Numbered from the stretch's first letter, positions 8,866 to 17,942 are shown. The stretch is DNA of 32,000 bases from Erysipelotrichaceae bacterium (GCA_963663995.1 OY760660.1:150001-182000), one strand, 5' to 3'. Notes: generated by a model from the letters alone, not told the origin. Translations and numbers: made by a program.

Positions 8866-9786
8866 TTAAGGTAATGGTTTACCTTGTGCTAAGTAGAGTT
8901 CATACCACTCTTCACGAGTGATTGAAAACTTTGTAGCTTGGCAACTTTCCTTTAAATGTTCAATAGAAGTTGTACCTAAGATGACTTGCATATTAGCAGG
9001 GTGTCTAAGTAAGAAGGCAATCGCTATTGCTGCTTTATCGGCATCATATTTTTTTGCTAAACGATCTAAAACATCATTTAGTTTTTTATAATCTTTATGA
9101 TTAATAAAGGTTCCTTCAGCCCAACTAGCTTGAATAGGGCTCCATGCCTGCAAAGTAATATCATTTAAGCGACAGTAATCAAGAACACTACCATCACGAT
9201 CTTGAATATTCTTATCAATTGTATTCATGAATATGCCTGTATCAAAGATACCAGAGTGAACAATTGATGCTTGTATTTGGTTAAAGAGAAGAGGGAATTT
9301 TACATATTTTTGAAGTAGTGCAATTTGGGCTGCAGAGTAGTTGGAAACTCCAAAGTTTTTAACGAGTCCCTTTTCATATAATTCATTAAAAGCATCAGCC
9401 ATTTCAAGTGGATCAGCTAAGGCATCTGGACGATGGATAAGTAAGACATCGATATAGCTTGTATGTAATCTTTCTAAAGAATCTTCAACACTTTTTAAGA
9501 TATGTTCTTTCGAAGAATCATACATTTTTCCAGGGATGATTCCACATTTGGTTTGGATAATCATCTTTTCTCTAAGTTCTGGATTACGTTTTAAGACTTC
9601 GCCAAAAAGTTCTTCAGATTTTCCTCGACCATAAATATCGGCGTGATCAAAGAAATTAATACCGCAATTGAGAGCTTCTTTGACTAAGATTTCGACTTCT
9701 TCAACTGTTTTAGAGGCAATACGCATACATCCAAGTGTTAATTGTGAAACCTCTAGATTTGAATTTTTGATTTGAATTGTTTTCAT
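8866..9786 (-). CDS. aldo/keto reductase (YdhF-like oxidoreductase class)
   Basis: FFDHADIYGRG..IQTKCG..LLIHRPD tetrad context. AAGGA SD. Confidence 0.9.
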   Translation of the reverse strand: MKTIQIKNSNLEVSQLTLGCMRIASKTVEEVEILVKEALNCGINFFDHADIYGRGKSEELFGEVLKRNPELREKMIIQTKCGIIPGKMYDSSKEHILKSVEDSLERLHTSYIDVLLIHRPDALADPLEMADAFNELYEKGLVKNFGVSNYSAAQIALLQKYVKFPLLFNQIQASIVHSGIFDTGIFMNTIDKNIQDRDGSVLDYCRLNDITLQAWSPIQASWAEGTFINHKDYKKLNDVLDRLAKKYDADKAAIAIAFLLRHPANMQVILGTTSIEHLKESCQATKFSITREEWYELYLAQGKPLP

Positions 9787-9876
9787 TATGTTCCTTTCAA
9801 TAAATCGCTAAGTTCATTTTACACTTGTTTATCCATAAGTCTTATAAACTTATGAAATTTATGTCACAATAAATCT

Positions 9877-11055
9877 ATGAATAAGTTTGATAGTGAAGAT
9901 CAAGCATTTTATGATAGTGCTAAAGCTTTTGTTGAAAAGATAAAGAATGAGCGAAAACATTTTTTTGGGTATCCTGGTAACTTAAGTCAAGATTCTGAAA
10001 TGGTTAAGAAATTAAGACTATTAGAAACTGAACTTTATTACATGAATAACGCAGGTGATCCTTTTGAGCGTGGTGATAACAGCTTTGATGGAAAAGCATA
10101 TGAACAAGAACTACTTCAACTTTTCTTTGAACGCTATCATATGGATCCTCAAACATCTTGGGGTTATATAAGTAGTGGCGGCTCAGAGAGTAATTGGTGG
10201 GCAATTAAACAAGGATTTACAAAATATCAAAACGGTCATTTGTTGTTTTCAAAAGCAGCACATTATAGTGTATTAAAAGCGATTAGCCTTGGTGAAAGAG
10301 CACTCGTTGAATACTCTGTCATTGATACAGTTGACGGACCAAGTGAGAGCATATCAATAGATAATTTAATGTCGAAAATAGATGAATTAGTGGGAAGAAA
10401 TCAAGTTCCAATCCTCTTATTGACTTGGGGAACAACGCGACTTGGATCATTGGATAATATTCAAGAAATCACACGTCGATTAAAACTTAGACAGATTGAT
10501 TATTATTGCCATGTTGATGCAGCATTTTATGGAGGCTTAGCACTTAATCAAAAAGATGCACCGGTGATTAAAAGTTTAGATGAACTTGGGGCAGATTCGA
10601 TATCGATTAGTTTTCATAAGTTATTTGGTATCGCAGATATTAATTCTGTTGTTCTTTCAAAAGTTAAGTCATCTGGATCTTATATCGATTATATTGGTCA
10701 TCATGATACAACCATTTCTGGTTCACGTACATTTTCAATTTTTTCAGCAACTCAAAAAATCAAAGAAGTCTTAAAACGAAGTGAAGATGATCTGTTTATC
10801 AAGAATGTCATTTATTTTGAATCTTTATTAATCGCAGGGAATATACCATATTTCAGAGACAGTCAATCAAATATCTTCGTGATATCTAAACCTTCAGAAA
10901 CGTTTAGAAAAAAATATCATCTGTCTAGTTTTAATGGAAAAAATCATAAAGAGACTTGTACCCATATCATTATGAATTCGTTTCATACAATAGAAGAAAT
11001 TGATGAACTCTATAATGATTTGATACTAGAAAATCTAACTCAAGTAGATTTATAA
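9877..11055 (+). CDS. PLP-dependent group II decarboxylase, histidine/serine decarboxylase-like
   Basis: SISFHKLFG (S-x-H-K PLP lysine), YCHVDAAFYGG, TTISGSRT and WGYISSGGSESN are collinear with my memory of the Morganella PLP-type HDC (GVSGHKMIG, HADAALSGM, KTISGSRNG, WGYVTNGGTEGN). No SD upstream. Candidate promoter TTACAC(9819-9824)-17-TTATAA(9842-9847). Confidence 0.8.
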   Translation: MNKFDSEDQAFYDSAKAFVEKIKNERKHFFGYPGNLSQDSEMVKKLRLLETELYYMNNAGDPFERGDNSFDGKAYEQELLQLFFERYHMDPQTSWGYISSGGSESNWWAIKQGFTKYQNGHLLFSKAAHYSVLKAISLGERALVEYSVIDTVDGPSESISIDNLMSKIDELVGRNQVPILLLTWGTTRLGSLDNIQEITRRLKLRQIDYYCHVDAAFYGGLALNQKDAPVIKSLDELGADSISISFHKLFGIADINSVVLSKVKSSGSYIDYIGHHDTTISGSRTFSIFSATQKIKEVLKRSEDDLFIKNVIYFESLLIAGNIPYFRDSQSNIFVISKPSETFRKKYHLSSFNGKNHKETCTHIIMNSFHTIEEIDELYNDLILENLTQVDL

Positions 11056-11069
11056 AAAGGGGAGACAAT

Positions 11070-11786
11070 ATGAAAAAAGTAATTGTAATAACAGGAACAG
11101 CTTCTGGTATTGGAAAAGCCGTTGCCCAAAGATATGTAGAAAATGACTTTGAAGTCTTTGGAATAGACAAGAATCCATCATCAATAGAGGGTTTACATGA
11201 GTTTATTGGCGATGTCAAAAGCGAAAAAGAGCGTGAGATGTTTGTTGAATACATCTTGAGTGAAGTACAAAGCGTAGATATCATTGTTCATAATGCGATG
11301 GAATATCATTCAGGTATACTTGATCAACTTGATTTAGATGGTTTTAGAAGTGCGCTCGAAGTAGGGGTTGTGACACCATATCATTTAATATCCTTATTAA
11401 AGGATAAAATGTCTAATCCATCATCAATGATTAATATCGTATCGACTCGAGCATTTCAAACACAAAAAAATAATGAAGCTTATGCCTCAGCTAAAGGTGC
11501 TCTTAATTCTTTAACCATTGCTTTAGCCAATAGTCTAGGTCCAAAAGTTAGAGTGAATGCGATTGCGCCTGGCTGGATTAACACACATCATAGTGAATTA
11601 AGTAGAGAAGATATTAAGCAACATCCAACACATCTTGTTGGCGAAGCAAGAGATATTGTTGATGCCGTAGAATATCTAGCGAGTCGTAAAGCGAAGTTTA
11701 TCACCGGACAAACACTCATTGTTGATGGAGGCATGAGTAAACAAATGATATATCACAATGATGAAGGTTGGACTTATCAAGATTAA
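11070..11786 (+). CDS. classical short-chain dehydrogenase/reductase (SDR)
   Basis: TGTASGIGKA cofactor motif, catalytic S...YASAK, PGWINT. GGGGAG SD. Starts 15 nt after the decarboxylase stop. Confidence 0.9.
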   Translation: MKKVIVITGTASGIGKAVAQRYVENDFEVFGIDKNPSSIEGLHEFIGDVKSEKEREMFVEYILSEVQSVDIIVHNAMEYHSGILDQLDLDGFRSALEVGVVTPYHLISLLKDKMSNPSSMINIVSTRAFQTQKNNEAYASAKGALNSLTIALANSLGPKVRVNAIAPGWINTHHSELSREDIKQHPTHLVGEARDIVDAVEYLASRKAKFITGQTLIVDGGMSKQMIYHNDEGWTYQD

Positions 11787-11810
11787 ACACAGATGATTCT
11801 GTGTTTTTTT
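11785..11810 (+). terminator. intrinsic terminator of the decarboxylase-SDR operon
   Basis: AAACACAGA-tgat-TCTGTGTTT followed by T6. Confidence 0.75.
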
Positions 11811-11863
11811 GATTGATTTACATTTATAATAAGCATATACTAATAAAGTAAGCAAATACTAAT

Positions 11864-12955
11864 ATGACAGAAAAAGAAAAGGAACTTCTCGCAATAATAG
11901 AGAAGAATCCACAAATCTCACAAAATGATTTAGCCAAACGATTGAAGATGACACGATCGTCTGTTTCAGTACATATCAATAATTTATCTAAAAAAGGATA
12001 TATTGCTGGTCGTGGCTATGTCTTAAACCCAAAAGACTATGTCATGGTTATTGGCGCAGCTAATACTGATATTCTTGGTTTTTCAAGTGATACCATTATT
12101 CCCAAGGATTCAAATCCTGGTCATATCAAAATATGTTTAGGGGGAGTAGGGCGTAATGTATCTGAGAACTTAGCCAGACTGCAAACTGATGTTAAGTTTA
12201 TAACAACCATTGGTGATGATGTTTATGGTCGCCATTTACTTGATCAATGCATATCCTATGGAATTGATATGAGACATGCGTATTCAATGAAAGGTGAAAT
12301 ATCATCAATCTATATGGCTATTATGAATAAAGAAGGTTCAATGGAACTTGCTTTGTCTGATATGACTACACTGGATAAGTTGCCTAATACGGTTTTAAAT
12401 CAAAAATCAGCATTAATTAAACGTGCTCAACTTGTCATGGTTGATACGGGACTTTCAAAAAATAGTTTAGAATATATCACAGCAAACTTCACAGATGTAG
12501 ATTTATATTTAGATCCTGTCTCAGTTGGAAAAGCTGAGCATGTTAAACATTTGATATCATCTTTTCATACCATTAAGATGAATCGATTAGAATGCGAATA
12601 TTTATCCGACATGCCCATTAAAAATATGCAAGACTTGGTTAAGGCTTCAGATTATTTTATGAATATCGGAATTCAATCAGTCTTTATTACATTAGGTAAA
12701 GATGGTGTCTTTGCGAGAGATCGAAATCAATTCTATTATCAAGCAGCAAGATCATTAGATATTGTTAATGAAACTGGGGCAGGCGATGCCTTTATGGCAG
12801 GTATTATCTATAGTCGTCTTCATGGCTATAAACTTAAAGAAACCTGTGAGTTTGCCAGTGCTTTAGCAGAGATTGCATTGATGAGTGAAGAGACAGTAAG
12901 CCCACTTGTAAGTATTGAAAATGTTGAAAAGAACTTAAAAGAAATAAAATCATAA
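11864..12955 (+). CDS. psuK: pseudouridine kinase (PfkB family) with N-terminal winged-helix DNA-binding domain
   Basis: Residues 1-55 (LLAIIEKNPQISQNDLAKRLKMTRSSVSVHINNLSKKGYI) form a wHTH. The rest is a PfkB kinase (VIGAANTDI, NETGAGDAF). Immediately upstream of psuG. Confidence 0.8.
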   Translation: MTEKEKELLAIIEKNPQISQNDLAKRLKMTRSSVSVHINNLSKKGYIAGRGYVLNPKDYVMVIGAANTDILGFSSDTIIPKDSNPGHIKICLGGVGRNVSENLARLQTDVKFITTIGDDVYGRHLLDQCISYGIDMRHAYSMKGEISSIYMAIMNKEGSMELALSDMTTLDKLPNTVLNQKSALIKRAQLVMVDTGLSKNSLEYITANFTDVDLYLDPVSVGKAEHVKHLISSFHTIKMNRLECEYLSDMPIKNMQDLVKASDYFMNIGIQSVFITLGKDGVFARDRNQFYYQAARSLDIVNETGAGDAFMAGIIYSRLHGYKLKETCEFASALAEIALMSEETVSPLVSIENVEKNLKEIKS

Positions 12956-12964
12956 GGAGAAACG

Positions 12965-13888
12965 ATGATGAAACAATTTAATGAATTTATGGATGTATCA
13001 AAAGATGTAAGTGAAGCACTTGCATCAGGTAAAGCAGTGGTGGCACTTGAATCAACCATTATCTCTCATGGGTTTCCATATCCAGAAAATAAAGAATGTG
13101 CTTTAGAATCAGAAGCAAATATTCGTAAAATGGGGGCTATACCAGCAACCATTGCGATGATTGGCGGACGCATTAAAGTGGGATTAACTGAAGATCAAAT
13201 TGAATACCTCGCAGTTAATCGAGATATTCCAAAAGCTTCACGTCGTGATGTACCTGTACTTATTGCTTTAGGAAAAGATGGTGCAACGACTGTTGCGACA
13301 ACGATGATGTTTGCTGAAATGGCAGGAATTAAAGTATTTGCGACAGGTGGTATTGGTGGGGTACATCGAAATGCTCAAGAAACGATGGATATCTCAGCTG
13401 ATTTAGAAGAGTTAGCGAATACATCAGTTGCGGTTGTTTGTGCCGGTGCAAAATCTATTTTAGATATTGGTTTAACAAAAGAATACTTAGAAACGAATGG
13501 TGTACCAATTCTAGGTTATCAAACAGAAGATTTGGGTGGATTCTATACACGCCAATCTGGCTTTAAAGTGGATCAACAAGTTGATTTAGCTAAAGATATC
13601 GCAAGAATCATTGATACAAAAATTAAACTTAATTTAAGAGGTGGCATGGTTATATCTAATCCAATCCCAAAAGAGTATGAAATGGATTATAAATTTATTA
13701 GTACTATTACAGAACAAGCTTTAAAGGAGTCAGTTGAACAAGGCGTTAAAGGCAAAGCAACCACACCTTTCTTATTAGCGCGTATTCATGAATTGACTGA
13801 AGGTAAGAGTGTTGTCGCAAATAAACAACTTGTCTTCAATAATGCGAGAGTCGCAGCCCAAATTGCCGTTGAATTAACAAAATGTTAA
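12965..13888 (+). CDS. psuG: pseudouridine-5'-phosphate glycosidase
   Basis: 307 aa with ALESTIISHGFPYPEN, ATGGIGGVHR and VVCAGAKSILD, typical of YeiN/PsuG. AAGGAGA SD; ATG 12968 is an equally plausible start. Confidence 0.9.
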   Translation: MMKQFNEFMDVSKDVSEALASGKAVVALESTIISHGFPYPENKECALESEANIRKMGAIPATIAMIGGRIKVGLTEDQIEYLAVNRDIPKASRRDVPVLIALGKDGATTVATTMMFAEMAGIKVFATGGIGGVHRNAQETMDISADLEELANTSVAVVCAGAKSILDIGLTKEYLETNGVPILGYQTEDLGGFYTRQSGFKVDQQVDLAKDIARIIDTKIKLNLRGGMVISNPIPKEYEMDYKFISTITEQALKESVEQGVKGKATTPFLLARIHELTEGKSVVANKQLVFNNARVAAQIAVELTKC

Positions 13889-13914
13889 AAAAATCATATC
13901 AATCTAATCTGTTT

Positions 13915-15825
13915 TTATAAGCTTTGAACCAAAATATTTATAAATTCATCATAATTTTTTGCATGTAAAACACGGTTCATGGCTTCTGGTTCTGTTAGAA
14001 TCATTGTTAAGTTTTCATAAACCTCATTAAATAATGACCGATCAAATTTATTAATAACCAACATCATAATTAAGTTAACTTTATTTAAACCCCATGATGT
14101 AGGTTTATCGTTAATGATAATAAACATGCCTGTTTTATATGCATTCATTTTCATTGAATGTGGAATGGCTAAGTTATTGAAAGAAGTTGAAGACATCGAC
14201 TCACGTTCTAATATTTCGGTTTTAAAATGATTATTAACATAATCTTTTTCAATTAATTTTTCAACCATATAGTCGATAGCTTCAAATTCAGATTTAAATT
14301 CTATATTTCTTGCAAATAAGTCAGGATCTAACATTTTTTGTAAATGGCGTAAAAATTGTATTTTTTTCTTTTCTTTTTTTATCAAATTAATACGTTTGAA
14401 AATTGCATCAATATCTTTTTGCTTTAGGAATAATGAAATGTTTTGTACAGTTGCTGAATATGCATTTTGGCTTAAAGGTATGGTAGTTAAAATTAAATCA
14501 ACATTCATTAATTTTTTTAATTCATTTTCTTCTGTCATTATAGTAACTAGATTTAATTGTTCACTAAAATATCTGGAAATATTATCTTTTAATTTTGTGC
14601 TTGTATCATAATAAGTTGGACAAAACAGAACACAGCGAAGTTGGTCTTCACTGGTTTTTTGAGTTTCGATTGCTCCACCTATATGAAATGCAATAAATGC
14701 AATTTCATCTTCATTAATATTTACGCCAGTTAGTTCATTCAATTTACTAGCCATAACGACTGATGTGTCATATAGAAGTGGGCAACTACGTCTTATCGTT
14801 TCTGTCATTGGATTTTTTGAGTATTGATTATTATGACTACGGATAAGAAGATTTTTAATATGAAGTGAAAAACGAGTTAAGAAGTCACGGTCATTAAAGT
14901 CCAACATATAGTAAGCACCTAAATCTTTTATTAAGTTTTTTACTAGATCAACAGTTTCTTTACCAATAATATCTTCTAAGCTATCTGAAGATATATTCTT
15001 ATAGTCCAAGACTGTTGTAGAAGAATAAATTAAAATAGTTAAGTTATTAATTTCACCAACAGAAAACTTAATATGATATTTACCTTCAATTATTCGAACC
15101 AGTTTTATTGCTACGCTATGAATATTTTTTAATTGATTATCTATATTGGTCGTAATACTTATGTTATCTGCATGATTTTGAATACGATGAATTGCAATTG
15201 CAATATGCATGATTAGTGTAATCATTGCAAAATCATTTACATATATTTTTGATTCTTGGAAAACTTCATTTATACAAGTTTTTAAAAATTGAACATCAAC
15301 ATTCGGAAAAGCATTTTGTATCGACGATAGTACAATAATTGACTCATTAGATTCTTCGTATAAGAGTGAACTAAGTATTTTTCTCTTATTTTTTTCTAAA
15401 CCGTTGATACTTAAGAAATCTTGGCTATTTGCCAGTGTTAAGTTGAATTTATCAAGTTTTGTCTTTAATTTAGTAAAATCGGATTTTATAGTGGATACAC
15501 TAACGTAGAGTTCTTCACTTATGTCATAAACATTTATCGGTTCTTTTGTTCTTATAATTCTAGAAATTAAAAAATTAATTCGTTCATCAGAACCTTGATA
15601 AATCTTATTATCAAATTCTTTTAATAATTGCTGAGCTTTTTCATTATTAATTTTATATCCACTGTTAGAAGACGTAATACAATCTTCACTAAAAGAATTG
15701 ATTTCATTTATGTAATTTTTGACTGTTCTTACTGAAATCGAAAGAGAGTTGGATATTTGACTAGCTGTCATCCAACCATTTGAGTCAATCAAAAGGTTTA
15801 AAAGTTTAAGGAGTTTTGGATTCAT
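13915..15825 (-). CDS. PRD-domain transcriptional activator (LicR/MtlR type: HTH-PRD-PRD-EIIB-like-EIIA-like)
   Basis: N-terminal HTH (MTASQISNSLSISVRTVKNYI), two PRD-like regions, an EIIB-like Cys segment (RCVLFCPTYYD) and a C-terminal EIIA(Mtl/Fru)-like segment (NLAIPHSMK). Divergent from the PTS operon. Start set to ATG 15825 (MNPKLL); the track start at 15834 is TTG. Confidence 0.85.
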   Translation of the reverse strand: MNPKLLKLLNLLIDSNGWMTASQISNSLSISVRTVKNYINEINSFSEDCITSSNSGYKINNEKAQQLLKEFDNKIYQGSDERINFLISRIIRTKEPINVYDISEELYVSVSTIKSDFTKLKTKLDKFNLTLANSQDFLSINGLEKNKRKILSSLLYEESNESIIVLSSIQNAFPNVDVQFLKTCINEVFQESKIYVNDFAMITLIMHIAIAIHRIQNHADNISITTNIDNQLKNIHSVAIKLVRIIEGKYHIKFSVGEINNLTILIYSSTTVLDYKNISSDSLEDIIGKETVDLVKNLIKDLGAYYMLDFNDRDFLTRFSLHIKNLLIRSHNNQYSKNPMTETIRRSCPLLYDTSVVMASKLNELTGVNINEDEIAFIAFHIGGAIETQKTSEDQLRCVLFCPTYYDTSTKLKDNISRYFSEQLNLVTIMTEENELKKLMNVDLILTTIPLSQNAYSATVQNISLFLKQKDIDAIFKRINLIKKEKKKIQFLRHLQKMLDPDLFARNIEFKSEFEAIDYMVEKLIEKDYVNNHFKTEILERESMSSTSFNNLAIPHSMKMNAYKTGMFIIINDKPTSWGLNKVNLIMMLVINKFDRSLFNEVYENLTMILTEPEAMNRVLHAKNYDEFINILVQSL

Positions 15826-15878
15826 AAATTGCAATTAAAGTCATTATAACAAAATTCATAAATTCAAAAATTAGAGTT

Positions 15879-15965
15879 TTGCACACTACATTGTGCAAAT
15901 AATATTTTGCATTCTTAATCGGCAAATTTCTGTTTGTTTTCAATTTAAAAATCTTGCACAATGTA
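15879..15965. promoter_or_regulatory. candidate activator operator and promoter of the PTS operon
   Basis: Dyad TTGCACA-ctacat-TGTGCAA at 15879-15898. The 12-mer TACATTGTGCAA (15887-15898) recurs as its exact reverse complement at 15954-15965, where it overlaps an extended -10-like TGCACAAT (15955-15962). Confidence 0.4.
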
Positions 15966-16004
15966 ATCACTAAAGAGCTGCGCAACTCTGAAAGGAAGTG
16001 TTTT

Positions 16005-16313
16005 ATGGATAAAATTCGAATTTTGTTGGTATGTGGATCTGGTGCTAGTAGTGGATTCATGGCTGCAAATATGAGAAAGGCTGCAAAAGCCAAAGGACTA
16101 GATGTATCTGTCACTGCACGAAGTGAGTCAGAGATTGAAAATTACATCGAGGATATTGATGTCTTAATGGTGGGGCCTCATCTTGCTTATTTAGTTGAAG
16201 ATGCTAAAGAACTAGTTGGGGATAATGATGTCAAAGTTATTCTTATGAAGGGTGAATATTATGCAACCCTTGATGGTGATCGAGCAATTGATCATTTAAT
16301 TAGCTGTTTATAA
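16005..16313 (+). CDS. PTS lactose/cellobiose-family EIIB component
   Basis: MDKIRILLVCGSGASSGFMA carries the active-site Cys loop. GGAAG SD upstream of ATG 16005. The track's 15954 TTG extension crosses the promoter region. Confidence 0.9.
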   Translation: MDKIRILLVCGSGASSGFMAANMRKAAKAKGLDVSVTARSESEIENYIEDIDVLMVGPHLAYLVEDAKELVGDNDVKVILMKGEYYATLDGDRAIDHLISCL

Positions 16314-16325
16314 AAGGAGAAAACT

Positions 16326-17546
16326 ATGAACAAGTTTATGGATTGGTTGAACAAAAAATTTGCTCCAACAATGACAAAAATTAATCAAATTGTTTGGATT
16401 GTTACAATCAAAGAATCTGTTATGCAAATATTACCATTGATTTTCTTGGGTTCGTTATTTGTTATGTTGGCAATTCTTGGTGATTTTATTCCAAATTGGC
16501 CAAATTTCTGGACTCCATTTGGTTGGACGATGGGAATGATTTCAGTAATCATCTCATTCTTAATTCCATTTAACTTAATGGAGAAGAAAAAACTAAGGAG
16601 AAGTCGTATTAATGCTGGGATGTCTTCATTAATTGCCTTCTTAATGGTTTTGGATCCAGTTGAGACTGAAGTAGGTTTAGCATTTAATACAAGTGGTTTT
16701 GGCGCAGGAGGAATGTTTGTTGCCATTATCGTCGGTATATTTGTTGGATTTGTATTTACATCATTTGGAAAATTCTCTTTCTTTAAAGAAGAATCTGCAA
16801 TTCCTGATTTTGTCAGAGCTTGGTTTGATGCAATGTTACCAGTGGGTATTGTTGTTGTTACGATGTGGGTGTTGGTTTTCATTTTAGGTATTGATTTATT
16901 TAATATAATTTCAGCGATTTTCGCTCCTGTAGCGAACATTATTGAATCACCATTTGGATTTATGTTGATGATGTTTATCTATACATTTATCTATTCAATG
17001 GGTATTTCATCTTGGGTACTTACACCTGTTTTTACCCCAGCATTACTTGCAGCAATTACTGCGAACTTGGATGGTAGTGCTCTTAATTTAGTAACAGATA
17101 CTACGATTTATTCAGCTTATTTATGGTGGGGTGGTATTGGATGTACATTCCCACTTGTATTAATGCTCATTAAATCAAAAAGTAAACGTTTAAAAGCGTT
17201 AGGTGCTGCTTCTTTGCCAGCTGCAATTTTCAACATTAATGAACCAGTCATCTTTGGTGCTATTGTATGGAATCCTATTATGATGGTTCCAATGTGGATT
17301 ATTGGGATTGTATTGCCATTATCTACTTGGCTATTTACAAAAATTATTCCAATAGCACCTATTCCTACAATGTTATTTGAAATGTGGTATGTACCAATGC
17401 CTATTGCGACTTGGATTACCACGGGTGCTGCAATTGGTGGTATGCTTTTATGGGTAATAAATGTTGCTTTAGCTTCTGCAATATGGTTCCCATTCTTCAA
17501 AGTTTATGAAAAACAATTAATTGAAGAAGAAACAGTAGAAGCTTAG
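16326..17546 (+). CDS. PTS lactose/cellobiose-family EIIC permease
   Basis: 406 aa polytopic membrane protein between EIIB and [13 protein letters not shown]. Confidence 0.9.
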   Translation: MNKFMDWLNKKFAPTMTKINQIVWIVTIKESVMQILPLIFLGSLFVMLAILGDFIPNWPNFWTPFGWTMGMISVIISFLIPFNLMEKKKLRRSRINAGMSSLIAFLMVLDPVETEVGLAFNTSGFGAGGMFVAIIVGIFVGFVFTSFGKFSFFKEESAIPDFVRAWFDAMLPVGIVVVTMWVLVFILGIDLFNIISAIFAPVANIIESPFGFMLMMFIYTFIYSMGISSWVLTPVFTPALLAAITANLDGSALNLVTDTTIYSAYLWWGGIGCTFPLVLMLIKSKSKRLKALGAASLPAAIFNINEPVIFGAIVWNPIMMVPMWIIGIVLPLSTWLFTKIIPIAPIPTMLFEMWYVPMPIATWITTGAAIGGMLLWVINVALASAIWFPFFKVYEKQLIEEETVEA

Positions 17547-17568
17547 AACATATATTTGGAGGTCCGTT

Positions 17569-17907
17569 ATGTCAGATGAAATGATTAGTCAATCAATGAA
17601 TATCATTCTTCATGCGGGAGATGCTCGTTTACAAGTCAAACATGCTCTCGATGCAATTGCAAAACAAGATTTTGAAGAAGCAAAAGAATGTATGAAGAAA
17701 GCGCATGAAGAAATTAGGATTGCCCATCAAACACAAACGGATGCAATTCAAGGTGAAGCCCAAGGTATAAAAACAGAATATTCTGTTTTATTCACCCATG
17801 CGCAAGATACACTAATGACAATATATAGTGAAATTAATATTGCTAAGCAGATGATTGTAATATTTGAATCTTATGAAAAACGTATTCAATCACTAGAACA
17901 AAAATGA
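17569..17907 (+). CDS. PTS lactose/cellobiose-family EIIA component
   Basis: 112 aa helical protein; IILHAGDAR...IAHQTQTD is the typical EIIA-Lac/Cel His region. GGAGG SD. Confidence 0.9.
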   Translation: MSDEMISQSMNIILHAGDARLQVKHALDAIAKQDFEEAKECMKKAHEEIRIAHQTQTDAIQGEAQGIKTEYSVLFTHAQDTLMTIYSEINIAKQMIVIFESYEKRIQSLEQK

Positions 17908-17926
17908 GGGCTTTTAAGCCCTCTTT
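17906..17926 (+). terminator. intercistronic GC-rich hairpin + short U-tract (partial terminator, processing site or stabiliser)
   Basis: GAGGGC-ttttaa-GCCCTC followed by TTT, starting inside the EIIA stop codon and 17 nt before the SD of the GH1 gene. Confidence 0.4.
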
Positions 17927-17942
17927 ATAAAGAAGGAGACCT

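Noticed and set aside
9852-9872. Six-codon uORF (MKFMSQ*) ending 4 nt before the decarboxylase start
   Set aside because: It has no SD, is very short and lies in AT-rich DNA where ATG...TAA pairs arise by chance. Nothing suggests a regulatory leader peptide.
15806-16114. 102-aa minus-strand ORF spanning the licR-like/PTS divergent promoter
   Set aside because: It overlaps the starts of two supported genes and the promoter/operator region, and it has no SD.
16385-16939. 184-aa minus-strand ORF inside the PTS EIIC gene
   Set aside because: It is the mirror image of a hydrophobic membrane protein gene. The EIIC frame is supported by operon context (EIIB upstream, EIIA downstream) and an SD.
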